This document shows, piece after piece, positions 40,341-49,104 of a stretch of DNA of 64,000 nucleotides. The stretch lies in contig JAQUPG010000001.1 of assembly GCA_028716725.1 (NCBI GenBank), positions 47,660-111,659 of the forward strand, read 5' to 3'. Position 1 is the stretch's first letter; every line of letters starts with the position of its first letter. The DNA is from Patescibacteria group bacterium. GTDB lineage: Bacteria; Patescibacteriota; Patescibacteriia; Patescibacteriales; JAQTRU01. The position numbers and the translations under genes were made by a program. The notes beneath the pieces are model-generated. The model had not been told where the DNA came from. It saw nothing but the letters and a program-made list of their open reading frames with translations, and searched no databases.

Positions 40341-41048
40341 TTATTTTCTTAAAATGGCGTAATAATTATATTTATCTTTATAGATTTTTTCAATTTTCAA
40401 CCCGGATTTTTTAACAATTTTTTTTAAGCCCCATTTCGTAAAAGCGTGGTAATAGCGCCGAGTTTGAGCTTCGCCCTCCGGATTTTTCCAGTCAAATAAA
40501 ATATCCCCGAAATCCATTCTGCCCGCGGGCAGATTTTTTTTGATTAATTTAAGAAGGGAAAATTTTAGAATTAATTTTCTAAATTTCGGCTGGCTCCATA
40601 AGTTCCAGACTACTATAATTATTTTTCCATTTTCGCTCACTTTATTTTTCAATTGCCTTAAGGCGGCAATCCGCAGGTCGTCCCCGGGGAGATGGTGAAA
40701 AAGGGCGACAGAAAATACATAATTAAAATTCATTTCCGGAATTTTTCCTAAATCCAAAACGTCTCCGACAATAAATTTATTTTTAGGATGCAGGGATTTA
40801 GCATGCTCAATAAGATTTTCGCTGGCATCTACTCCTAAATAATTTATTTTTTTATTTTTAAATGCCTCTAGCAGCCGGCCATTGCCGCAGCCAATATCTA
40901 AAATTTTATCTCCGGTTTTAATTTTTTTCGTTAACTCAATTAATTCCGGCCATAAATATTTTTTCCGGGTTTCGTTAAACTGGTCAGCGATTTCTTCGTA
41001 GCTGGATTTAACTAAGGCGAGTAAATTTTTTTGCGTTTGCTTGTCCAT
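40341..41048 (-). CDS. class I SAM-dependent methyltransferase
   Basis: ILDIGCGNGR motif I with downstream motifs; 235 aa. Confidence 0.85.
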   Translation of the reverse strand: MDKQTQKNLLALVKSSYEEIADQFNETRKKYLWPELIELTKKIKTGDKILDIGCGNGRLLEAFKNKKINYLGVDASENLIEHAKSLHPKNKFIVGDVLDLGKIPEMNFNYVFSVALFHHLPGDDLRIAALRQLKNKVSENGKIIIVVWNLWSQPKFRKLILKFSLLKLIKKNLPAGRMDFGDILFDWKNPEGEAQTRRYYHAFTKWGLKKIVKKSGLKIEKIYKDKYNYYAILRK

Positions 41049-41124
41049 TTTTTAGGTGTTAGATATTAGGTGTTAGTAATTAGTAATTTAGTGTAATCTA
41101 ATTTTAAACTATCATTTTTTTAGT

Positions 41125-41156
41125 AAAAAAGAAAGGGCGGAAAGCGGGTCCGCCCT
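41125..41156 (-). terminator. terminator of purM-like gene
   Basis: gggcgg-acccgcttt-ccgccc on the minus strand followed by a U-rich run. Confidence 0.7.
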
Positions 41157-41184
41157 GTGATTGTGAAATGTTTAGAGTTTTGGA

Positions 41185-42324
41185 TTAATCTCCCGGAGGA
41201 GGCAGGACCAGATCGTTTTCCGGTCCAAAGATTGTCTGCCTCTCACCTTCTTCGACCACGCCCAACTCATACATTTCGTAGCCGGCTTTTATGCCTACAT
41301 CCATGGCTTTTTGCACCGCGCTACGAGGGAAAAATCCAACGGCTCCGATGCCATTGTTAAAGGTCGTTAAAGAACCCATTACGCTTAGGCCGAACTGCTC
41401 CCTCATGTAGGTAAAGATTGGGGGAATCTTCTTGGGCCAGTCCTTGATCCGGTAGGTGAACGGCCGCTTGTCAAAAGCGATCTTCGCTACCCCGCCGCCC
41501 GTAATCGGCTGGAAGGCATGAATCTCCAGTTCAGCTTCAAGCCAAGCGTCCATCAAGGCCACATAGGAACGAGTGGGTGTCAGAGCGTGTTCGCCCAATG
41601 TTCTGCCATCTGGTAATTTGGCGTTGAATCCGTCCGGCAGTTTCAGCGCCTCTTCAATAATATAAGTTGCGCCATTGGAATGCCAACCGGAAGACGTCGC
41701 TCCGATAATGATATCGCCAGGGCGAAGATTTTTCTCGTTGATTCGCCGGCTTGCCGGAGCAATTATGCCGAACACGGCGCAACTTAAGGACGGAGTATCG
41801 CTTACCGGCGGCGTGGCTCCTAACAGAAAGCGATAAGCTGGCGATTCCCCACCGACTAATGCCATGCCGCAGAGCTGGCAAACTTCAAAAACCCCTCTGG
41901 CATAATCCTCGGCCCGCTTCTGGTCATTAAACCAGTCACTGGTTTTGGCGACCACTTCGTCATGATATCCGACCGGTAATGCGCCAACGGCCAGAATATC
42001 GTTAACTCCCATCAACGCTTGGTCGATGGCGATAGGGTCAAAGAAGGATCTGCAGATCCCGCTGAATTGATACATCCATTGGGCGATCCAATCCTTATTC
42101 CCTAACCCTTCCAGCATGGTCTTCCATGAATGAGGCTTATTCCCTTGGTACTCCAATACCGGGTTATCGCCTACCACATAAACATCGCGGCGATTAGGAA
42201 AATTTCTGGTCTTTTTTCCGACTTCCACCAGCCGGTCCTTAAAAGGTTGTATTAACCCATAATCCAAGCCGGAATTCCGATATTCATCTCCCACTCCCGG
42301 CTGCTTACCATTACTTTCAGCCAT
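41185..42324 (-). CDS. divergent PurM-like (AIR synthase family) protein
   Basis: Blocks align by eye to PurM: GVNDILAVGALP, GGESPAY, SSGWHSNG, LTPTRSYV, ITGGG, TFNNGIG. The N-terminal GTDGVGTK box is degenerate (EGLGNKD). Confidence 0.65.
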   Translation of the reverse strand: MAESNGKQPGVGDEYRNSGLDYGLIQPFKDRLVEVGKKTRNFPNRRDVYVVGDNPVLEYQGNKPHSWKTMLEGLGNKDWIAQWMYQFSGICRSFFDPIAIDQALMGVNDILAVGALPVGYHDEVVAKTSDWFNDQKRAEDYARGVFEVCQLCGMALVGGESPAYRFLLGATPPVSDTPSLSCAVFGIIAPASRRINEKNLRPGDIIIGATSSGWHSNGATYIIEEALKLPDGFNAKLPDGRTLGEHALTPTRSYVALMDAWLEAELEIHAFQPITGGGVAKIAFDKRPFTYRIKDWPKKIPPIFTYMREQFGLSVMGSLTTFNNGIGAVGFFPRSAVQKAMDVGIKAGYEMYELGVVEEGERQTIFGPENDLVLPPPGD

Positions 42325-42410
42325 CGTCTTTCTCCTTCCCGCATAGGTTTAAGAAAAATAAAAAGAGCGACTTTCGTCCCTCCTTACGATAATACTTGAC
42401 GTTTGGTTTA

Positions 42411-42439
42411 ACTTTACTTAAATTTAAGCTAAAAGTCAA
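42411..42439 (-). promoter_or_regulatory. promoter of purM-like gene
   Basis: Minus strand reads TTGACT (42439-42434), a 17-nt spacer, then TAAAGT (42416-42411). Confidence 0.55.
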
Positions 42440-42444
42440 TTAAA

Positions 42445-44556
42445 TTATTTCCGGCTGTTCATTTTGGTCAAGACTAATTTTATCTCTTCATAGCTTACAT
42501 CTTCGCCCAATTCTTCTTTAATCGGTTTTAGTTTTTCGCTGCCGACTTTGGTCATAGCTTTGGTTATTTTTTTCTGCTGCTCCGGCTTGACTAATTTGTC
42601 TATATTTTTTATCAATCCTTTTTCTATTAAAAAAGCCAGATGGCCGATAATTGTGCTTAAAGACAAATCTCTTCCTTTGGCTATTTCTTCGGGCGTTAGA
42701 TTCTTATTATACAAATCAAAAGTTTCCAGCTGGGTTAATTTAGTGCTTAAGGCCGGTTTCGAGTTTGGTTTTTTTATAATGTCGTCCTGATTGACTTTAG
42801 AAATTTTTTCCTTGCGGCTTTTTTCCCGAGGCCGTTGGTGCTTTCTTTGGTAGCCTCCGGCCGTCAGGCAATTGTCGCACTGGCCGCAAGGCTTGGCGGT
42901 GATATCGCTGAAATAATTTAAAATATATTCCTGGCGGCAGCCGAAATGGTAAACATAGTCTTCCATTTTATCTAATTTAGCATAAGCCCTTTTAAGCTTT
43001 TCGGCTAAGGCGGAAAAATCAATCTTAACCTCGCCTGGGTCAACTCTTTTTAAAATATTAATTTCCGTTCCCCGGAACGGCGGCTCATACTCGGCTAAAT
43101 TATTTTCCGCCAAGTGGCGGGTCAGGCGCATAAAAGAATCTTTTTTTACTTTAATTACGCCAGCGGCTTCTTCAAAATTAAAACTCCAGCCGGCTTCCAG
43201 CTCTGTTCCAAATCGGTCATAGAGCTTATGGAAAATATCAATTTTGGTTTTTGACCGGCCGCCAAAAGAAGCTAAAACAGAGGCAAAATCTTTATTTAAT
43301 TTTAAGAAAGCATTAGCGGTTTTTTCATTCGGCCGGCTGATATAGCCTTCCCGTTCAAGAATTTTTAGACTTGTGCCAATCGCCATTTCCGGAACATTAT
43401 CCGAGAGCATTTCCGCCAAATCCGCATAGGTGATTAAGACCGTGTCTGATTCATAGTCAGTTAGGATTTTGTAAATTTCTAAAATAATATTCGGCGGGGG
43501 ATTGTCGCCTTTTATAAAAAATTCGCGCAAATAGCGGTCGCGGGGTGAGTAAAGCAGAAGGCAAAAACTGGGTTGCCCGTCGCGCCCGGCCCGGCCGGCT
43601 TCCTGGTAATAAGCTTCAATCGTCCCGGGCATATCATAATGGATGACAAAGCGGATATCTTTTTTATCAATGCCCAAGCCGAAAGCGTTCGTGGCGACAA
43701 TCGCCCTGACCTTTCCCGCCATAAAATTTTCCTGGACCCAGGTTCTGTCGGAAGCGTCCATGCCGGCGTGATAGACCACAGTCGGGATATCCTCCTCTAA
43801 TAAAGTTTGCGCTAAGCCATCAGCTTTAGCCCGCGTGCCGACATAAATAATTCCCGATCCTTCCGTAGCTTTCAGGGCGTCCAAAACTAAGCTGGGTTTC
43901 TGGGCATCACTGGCCTGGATAACTCCGAATTGCAAGTTTGGCCGGGCAAAGCCGGTTATTACCAATTCCGGATTTTTTAAATTGAGCTGCCTTATAATAT
44001 CTTCCCGGACTTCCGGAGTGGCGGTCGCGGTTAAAGCCACGACGGGAGGATTGCCCACCAAATCAAGGGCATTTTTTAATCTTAAATAACTGGGCCGGAA
44101 ATCATGCCCCCACTGGCTGATGCAATGGGCTTCGTCTATGGCGAAAAGGCTTACTTTAATATTTCCCAAAGCGTTAACGAATTCCTGGTTATAAAATCTT
44201 TCCGGAGCGATAAAAAGAAGTTTATATTGATTTTTTTTAACCGCCTCTAGGCGCTTATAAGTTTCCTCGGGAGAGATTGAAGAATTAACAAAAGTGGCCG
44301 GGATCCCGACTTTTTTTAAACTGTCCACTTGGTCTTTCATTAAAGCGATTAAAGGAGAAATAACAATAGTTGTGCCTTCTAAAACTAAAGCTGAGAGCTG
44401 ATAAATTAAGGATTTACCTCCGCCGGTCGGCATGATAACAATAGAGCTTAAACCGGCTAAAATATTATCAATGGCTTTTTCCTGCCCGGGCCGAAAATCT
44501 TTAAAACCATAATGGATTTTAAGCAGTTCCAGAAGCTGTTGTTTTTTTATATTCAT
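42445..44556 (-). CDS. recQ: ATP-dependent DNA helicase RecQ
   Basis: 703 aa with the [17 protein letters not shown] motif, a zinc-binding Cys cluster (CGQCDNC) and a C-terminal HTH-like extension. Confidence 0.95.
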   Translation of the reverse strand: MNIKKQQLLELLKIHYGFKDFRPGQEKAIDNILAGLSSIVIMPTGGGKSLIYQLSALVLEGTTIVISPLIALMKDQVDSLKKVGIPATFVNSSISPEETYKRLEAVKKNQYKLLFIAPERFYNQEFVNALGNIKVSLFAIDEAHCISQWGHDFRPSYLRLKNALDLVGNPPVVALTATATPEVREDIIRQLNLKNPELVITGFARPNLQFGVIQASDAQKPSLVLDALKATEGSGIIYVGTRAKADGLAQTLLEEDIPTVVYHAGMDASDRTWVQENFMAGKVRAIVATNAFGLGIDKKDIRFVIHYDMPGTIEAYYQEAGRAGRDGQPSFCLLLYSPRDRYLREFFIKGDNPPPNIILEIYKILTDYESDTVLITYADLAEMLSDNVPEMAIGTSLKILEREGYISRPNEKTANAFLKLNKDFASVLASFGGRSKTKIDIFHKLYDRFGTELEAGWSFNFEEAAGVIKVKKDSFMRLTRHLAENNLAEYEPPFRGTEINILKRVDPGEVKIDFSALAEKLKRAYAKLDKMEDYVYHFGCRQEYILNYFSDITAKPCGQCDNCLTAGGYQRKHQRPREKSRKEKISKVNQDDIIKKPNSKPALSTKLTQLETFDLYNKNLTPEEIAKGRDLSLSTIIGHLAFLIEKGLIKNIDKLVKPEQQKKITKAMTKVGSEKLKPIKEELGEDVSYEEIKLVLTKMNSRK

Positions 44557-44591
44557 ACAAATTACAAATCAATACAAATTTACAAATATGG

Positions 44592-44620
44592 TTGACAAAA
44601 GTTTTTTATTAAACTAACTT
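44592..44620 (+). promoter_or_regulatory. possible promoter of pyrC
   Basis: TTGACA at 44592-44597, a 17-nt spacer, TAACTT at 44615-44620. Confidence 0.4.
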
Positions 44621-44686
44621 AATATTAGCAAATTAAGAATAGAGAGGCAATTTTGGTTCATTTTAACCCATAAATCGAGGTGCTTA

Positions 44687-45736
44687 ATGGAAAGTTTAAG
44701 AATTTCAAGGCCTTTTGATGCCCACGTGCATTTGAGAGAAGGGGATATTTTGAAGACTGTTTTGCCCTATACCGCCGATGTATTCTTCAGTGCGGTAGCC
44801 ATGGGCAACTTAAAAGAACCCATCTCCACGGCCGAACAGGTGAGAGTGTATCGGGAGCAAATTCTTTCAGCATTGCCATCCGGATCGAACTTTATGCCGA
44901 TCATGTCGGTCATGCTGCAAAAGAACATGACTCCAGAAATTCTGGAGCAAACTTTCGAGGCAGGAGCTCAAGTTCTGAAATTCATTCCCGCGGCAACATC
45001 CACGAATTCAAGCGCGAGCAACGGAGTTACAATACCTGAGTTGCGGAATTATTACCCTGTGCTCGCCAAAGCTGCGGATCTGGGCATGATTTTTTCCGGC
45101 CATTGGGAGCTGGCAAGGGACGCGGGGAATGTTGAAATTCCCGAACTTGAGCGCGAACGTCTGGCTATTCCCTGGTTGCGGGGAATCATCAGCGATTTTT
45201 CAGAGCTCAAAATAATGGTCGAGCATGTCACAACCGCGGAAATGATCGAGGTAGTAAAAGCCGCTCCGGACAATGTGGCCGCGACCATAACGGCCCATCA
45301 CCTGATGCTTGAAGCAAAAGATGTAATGGATCCAAGCGGCCGCATTATCAATTCGCTCAATTATTGCAAACCGGTCGCGAAAACACACCGTGATCGAATG
45401 GCCGTTGTCGAAACTGCTGTAAGCGGACATCCTCGATTTTTCTTCGGCTCTGATTCCGCGCCTCATCCGATTTCGGCTAAGAGGAGAATTCCGCCGGCCG
45501 CCGGAATTTTTTCCGATCCGGTAGCGCTTTCCATTGTCGCGCAGGTCTTCGAGGAAAGAGGGTTTTTGAACCGGATGAAGAATTTTACTTCTGGGTTCGG
45601 TCCGCAATTCTACGGCTTGCCAATAAGCCAGGAAACGATTGTTCTGGAAGAAAGATATTGGCGGGTGCCGGAGAGCATTGATGGCATTCCGGTCTTCATG
45701 GGAGGGAAGGCTGTGAAATATCAGATAGTATCTTAA
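44687..45736 (+). CDS. pyrC: dihydroorotase, class II (E. coli PyrC type)
   Basis: 349 aa, collinear by eye with E. coli PyrC: FDAHVHLREGD, VLKFIPA (carboxylated Lys position), VEHVTT, ATITAHHL, GSDSAPH. Confidence 0.9.
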   Translation: MESLRISRPFDAHVHLREGDILKTVLPYTADVFFSAVAMGNLKEPISTAEQVRVYREQILSALPSGSNFMPIMSVMLQKNMTPEILEQTFEAGAQVLKFIPAATSTNSSASNGVTIPELRNYYPVLAKAADLGMIFSGHWELARDAGNVEIPELERERLAIPWLRGIISDFSELKIMVEHVTTAEMIEVVKAAPDNVAATITAHHLMLEAKDVMDPSGRIINSLNYCKPVAKTHRDRMAVVETAVSGHPRFFFGSDSAPHPISAKRRIPPAAGIFSDPVALSIVAQVFEERGFLNRMKNFTSGFGPQFYGLPISQETIVLEERYWRVPESIDGIPVFMGGKAVKYQIVS

Positions 45737-45753
45737 GCGATATGCTTACGGAT

Positions 45754-45793
45754 AAAAAGAAAGGCCGGCTGTTTCCAACCGGCCCCTTTTTTT
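45754..45793. terminator. bidirectional terminator between pyrC and pyrK-pyrD
   Basis: ggccgg-ctgtttccaa-ccggcc with A-rich and T-rich flanks. Confidence 0.8.
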
Positions 45794-45807
45794 CTTTCAA
45801 TAAAGAA

Positions 45808-47562
45808 TCAAACTCCTCCTTGTCCGACTAAATCCCGGATATGGCTTACCTGGTGATAGGAAACCATTTTAAGGAAAAAGTCATGCATATCAGACATGGC
45901 GTTTCCGTTTCCGAATAAACCCGTACCAACTTCAACAACGCTGGCGCCAGCCAGAATCATTTCCATAGCGCTTTCTCCGTCGTCGTTTCCGCCAATGCCG
46001 ATAATCGGAATTCCCAAATCGGCTTGAGCAAGGTCGTAAACGATTTTTACGGCGTGAGCATGAATAGCTGGTCCGGACATACCGCCAAAACCCCGGCCAA
46101 TTTTTGGCCTTCTGGCGTAAACATCAATCGCCATACCGGGCAGGGTGTTTATGGCTGCTATAGCATCGGCTCCGGCTTCTTTTGCGGCTCGAGCCACGTC
46201 AACAATATAGATGCCGGCGGTCGGGGTAAGTTTAACAATTACGAATTTGTCCTTAGCCCATTTGCGAACAGCTTCTACTACCCTAAAAGCTTGCGTGGGA
46301 TCCACACCAAAGGCTATACCGCTGCCTTCTTTATTGGGGCAAGAGATATTAACCTCCATACCCCTTATGCCGGTATCAGCCAAGCGACAAGAAATTTCGC
46401 CATATTCATAAATTTTGGAACCGGCGATGTTGACAATCACTGGCAGGCCGAAACTCGACCATTCGGGCAAATCTTCTTTAAGGAATCTTTCGATTCCCGG
46501 GTTTTCCATGCCGATTGAATTAAGCATTCCCGCCGGTATCTCGCAGACGCGGTGACCTTCATTGCCGGAGAGTCCTTCCAGCGTTACGACTTTGGTAATA
46601 AGGGCGCCGGTGCGGGCAATATTCACATCTCCTTTTTTTATGGCCTTGGTAGCTAAGGAGCCAGAGCCGTTCATTATCGGAGTTGCTAGCGTAAGTGTTC
46701 TACCGCCCTGGCCGAGCAAGGTAGTTTCCAGAGGATTTTTTGCCCGCCCCTCAGAGCTTTTCACTAGGGGCGCAACCTCATAAGGACGCATTATCCTTTC
46801 CCAGTCAATCTCGGAGGCGTCAAAAGCCGGACCGTCTTCGCAGACATGTTTAGTTGTTTTGTCTTTGCAAAAAACGGCGCAACCTTTGCATGAACCGACT
46901 CCGCAAGCCATTCGCTCTTCAAGCAGGACCAGACAACTATTTCTGCTTTCTGCCGTCATGGTCGCTATTTCTTTGAGCATCGCCGTTGGTCCGCAGGCGA
47001 TTACTGTGGATTTACCCTCGTCGCCTGCTAACGCTTCTTTCAGCAAATCCGTAGCCTTTCCTGTCTTTGTGCCATTTTCTTCGCCTTCCTGTGTTATTGT
47101 TTGAAGGTGACAGCCAATAGCTCCTAGCTCCTCAACTCCGAAGATTTGGCTTGGCTTCTTTACTCCCAGCAAGAAAGTTACGGTTTTACCTTTTTCCCTC
47201 AAATCTTTTGCCAGAAGAATCAGAGCAGCGCCGCCGATTCCGCCGCCAACCAAAATGTATCTTTCAACTTCAGAATCAAGCGGTATCGGGTTGCCTTTCG
47301 GTCCGGAAATATTGATTCCATCATGAAGCTTCAATCGGGAGTAGGCTCGAGTATTGGGTCCGACAGCCTTAACGAGAATAGAAACTATCGTGCCGTCCCG
47401 AGAAATGTCATAAACGGAAAATGGGCGGCGCCAACATCCCGAAGCCAAGGGCGGAAGCGTGACAAACTGGCCTGGCTTTGCTCGAATCTTTTTTTCAAGT
47501 TTCAATCGCAATAAAAAATGATCTTCGCTCACTTGCCTACGCGATCTGACTGTCGCTTTCAT
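45808..47562 (-). CDS. pyrD: fusion of PyrK-like electron-transfer subunit and class 1B dihydroorotate dehydrogenase PyrD
   Basis: 584 aa. The N-terminal ~260 aa carry RRPFSV (FAD), GGGIGGAAL (NAD) and CGVGSCKGCAV..C (2Fe-2S). The C-terminal ~320 aa carry NGSGS, NISCPN (catalytic Cys), VKLTP, GGMSGPAI and GIGG. Confidence 0.85.
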   Translation of the reverse strand: MKATVRSRRQVSEDHFLLRLKLEKKIRAKPGQFVTLPPLASGCWRRPFSVYDISRDGTIVSILVKAVGPNTRAYSRLKLHDGINISGPKGNPIPLDSEVERYILVGGGIGGAALILLAKDLREKGKTVTFLLGVKKPSQIFGVEELGAIGCHLQTITQEGEENGTKTGKATDLLKEALAGDEGKSTVIACGPTAMLKEIATMTAESRNSCLVLLEERMACGVGSCKGCAVFCKDKTTKHVCEDGPAFDASEIDWERIMRPYEVAPLVKSSEGRAKNPLETTLLGQGGRTLTLATPIMNGSGSLATKAIKKGDVNIARTGALITKVVTLEGLSGNEGHRVCEIPAGMLNSIGMENPGIERFLKEDLPEWSSFGLPVIVNIAGSKIYEYGEISCRLADTGIRGMEVNISCPNKEGSGIAFGVDPTQAFRVVEAVRKWAKDKFVIVKLTPTAGIYIVDVARAAKEAGADAIAAINTLPGMAIDVYARRPKIGRGFGGMSGPAIHAHAVKIVYDLAQADLGIPIIGIGGNDDGESAMEMILAGASVVEVGTGLFGNGNAMSDMHDFFLKMVSYHQVSHIRDLVGQGGV

Positions 47563-47609
47563 CTTTTCCTCTCTTTTTTAAAGGAGCGTTCTCCAATGGT
47601 TTTATAGAA

Positions 47610-47638
47610 ATATTAAATGATAAAGCTCTATTTGTCAA
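47610..47638 (-). promoter_or_regulatory. promoter of pyrK-pyrD
   Basis: Minus strand reads TTGACA (47638-47633), a 17-nt spacer, then TAATAT (47615-47610). Confidence 0.7.
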
Positions 47639-47687
47639 ACTTAAAACCCGCCGAAATTTTGGCGGGTTTTATTTTAATTTCCGCTTG

Positions 47688-47713
47688 AGTCCGTGTCAGT
47701 CCGTATAAGTCCG
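47688..47713. repeat. three AGTCCG hexamers phased exactly 10 nt apart
   Basis: AGTCCG at 47688, 47698 and 47708, immediately downstream of the gdh stop (47717). Confidence 0.8.
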
Positions 47714-47716
47714 CGA

Positions 47717-48994
47717 TTAGATGCCTCTTACCTTGATGGCTTTTCGCAATCTTTCCACGGCGACGATATAGGCGGCGGTGCGCATATCCACTTTATACCT
47801 TTCTTTTGTTTCCCAGATTAAATTAGTGGCTTGCGCCATTTTTTCTTTTAATCTCGCCCGCACTTTTTCCAACTCCCAATAATATTGCCTGGTGTTCTGC
47901 ACCCATTCAAAATAAGAAACCGTCACACCCCCGGCATTGGCCAGAACATCGGGAATAATTAAAACGTCTTTTTCCGCCAAGGCTTCGCTCGCGTCAATTT
48001 TCACCGGGCCGTTGGCCAGTTCCAAAATTATGCTCGCCTTTATATCATTAACCATTTCCAAAGAAATAACATTTTCAAAAGCGGCCGGCACAAGGATTTT
48101 AACCGGCAAAACTAAAAGCTCTTCATTGGAAATATTTTTGGCATTAGGGAAGTTAATAACCGAACCGCTGGAATTTTTATGCTCAACCACTTTTTCAATA
48201 TCAAGTCCTTCCTCGTTATAAATCCCGCCTTTGGAATCGGAAACGGCGACGACGCGATAGCCGGCGTCATGGGCGATCTTGGCAAAGTTATAGCCGGCAT
48301 TGCCGAAACCCTGGACGGCGATGGAAATGTCTTTTTTATTTTGGTCAGAAGACAAATTTGATATTTTTTTTAAGACCTCTTCCAGAACAAAAAATCCGCC
48401 TTGGGCTGTGGCTGTATCCCGGCCAAGAGAACCGCCGATTTCCACCGGTTTTCCCGTCACTACGGCCGGCACGTTTTTGCCCCGGATTTTACTATATTCA
48501 TCCATGAGCCAAGCCATAATCTGGGGAGTGGTATAAACATCAGGCGCCGGGATATCAACCTCCGGGCCGATAATATTGGCAATTGCCCGGGTATAGCTTC
48601 TGGTTAACCTTTCCAGCTCGCCTAAGCTTAATTGTTTCGGGTCCAGAGTTATCCCGCCCTTGGCGCCACCGTAAGGGATATCCACGGTCGCGCATTTGAT
48701 TGTCATCCAAAAAGCCAGAGATTTAACTTCGTTTAAATCAACCTGGGGATGGAAGCGGATTCCGCCCTTGTAGGGTCCGCGGATATTAGAATGCTGGACG
48801 CGGTAGCCGGTAAAAATTTTCAGATGGCCGTCATCCATTATAACCGGGAGAGAGACTTCCGTGACGCGGTTAGGATGCTTTAAGATTTCCATCTCATGGT
48901 AGGTTAGTTCGGCTTCAGAGTCTTCACTTTCCGTTTTTTTTATGATAGCGCAAATTTTATCAAGCTGGTTGATGGCGTGTTCGTATTGGTTCAT
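47717..48994 (-). CDS. gdhA: glutamate dehydrogenase (Glu/Leu/Phe/Val dehydrogenase family)
   Basis: 425 aa with KGGIRFHP, GGAKGG and GFGNAG motifs. Confidence 0.95.
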   Translation of the reverse strand: MNQYEHAINQLDKICAIIKKTESEDSEAELTYHEMEILKHPNRVTEVSLPVIMDDGHLKIFTGYRVQHSNIRGPYKGGIRFHPQVDLNEVKSLAFWMTIKCATVDIPYGGAKGGITLDPKQLSLGELERLTRSYTRAIANIIGPEVDIPAPDVYTTPQIMAWLMDEYSKIRGKNVPAVVTGKPVEIGGSLGRDTATAQGGFFVLEEVLKKISNLSSDQNKKDISIAVQGFGNAGYNFAKIAHDAGYRVVAVSDSKGGIYNEEGLDIEKVVEHKNSSGSVINFPNAKNISNEELLVLPVKILVPAAFENVISLEMVNDIKASIILELANGPVKIDASEALAEKDVLIIPDVLANAGGVTVSYFEWVQNTRQYYWELEKVRARLKEKMAQATNLIWETKERYKVDMRTAAYIVAVERLRKAIKVRGI

Positions 48995-49104
48995 AGATAT
49001 AATTCGAATTAATTTAAATAAAATTCAAATGCTTCAAATGCTATTATTGGAGATAATTTATAATACAATTATTTGAAGCATTTGAATGGATTTGTAAATT
49101 TGAA
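48995..49104. repeat. ~110-bp intergenic cassette, paralogue 2 (between folD stop and gdh start)
   Basis: Homologous to 34844-34959, with 17-bp arms attcaaatgcttcaaat/atttgaagcatttgaat. Confidence 0.85.

Noticed and set aside
39337-44556. HD hydrolase + methyltransferase + PurM-like + RecQ as a candidate defence or modification system
   Set aside because: RecQ has the full housekeeping architecture. The methyltransferase is a generic small-molecule/RNA class I type with no adjacent restriction or nuclease partner. The genes have separate promoters and terminators. Nothing beyond adjacency supports a functional system.
37979-47562. Higher-GC blocks (purD, purM-like, pyrC, pyrKD) as a horizontally acquired island
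   Set aside because: Other conserved housekeeping genes (ftsK, ppsA, glyA, gdh) show similarly raised GC relative to hypothetical genes and spacers. The pur and pyr genes also carry host-type TTGACA-17-TAnnnT promoters and SD sequences. Composition alone does not support recent transfer.
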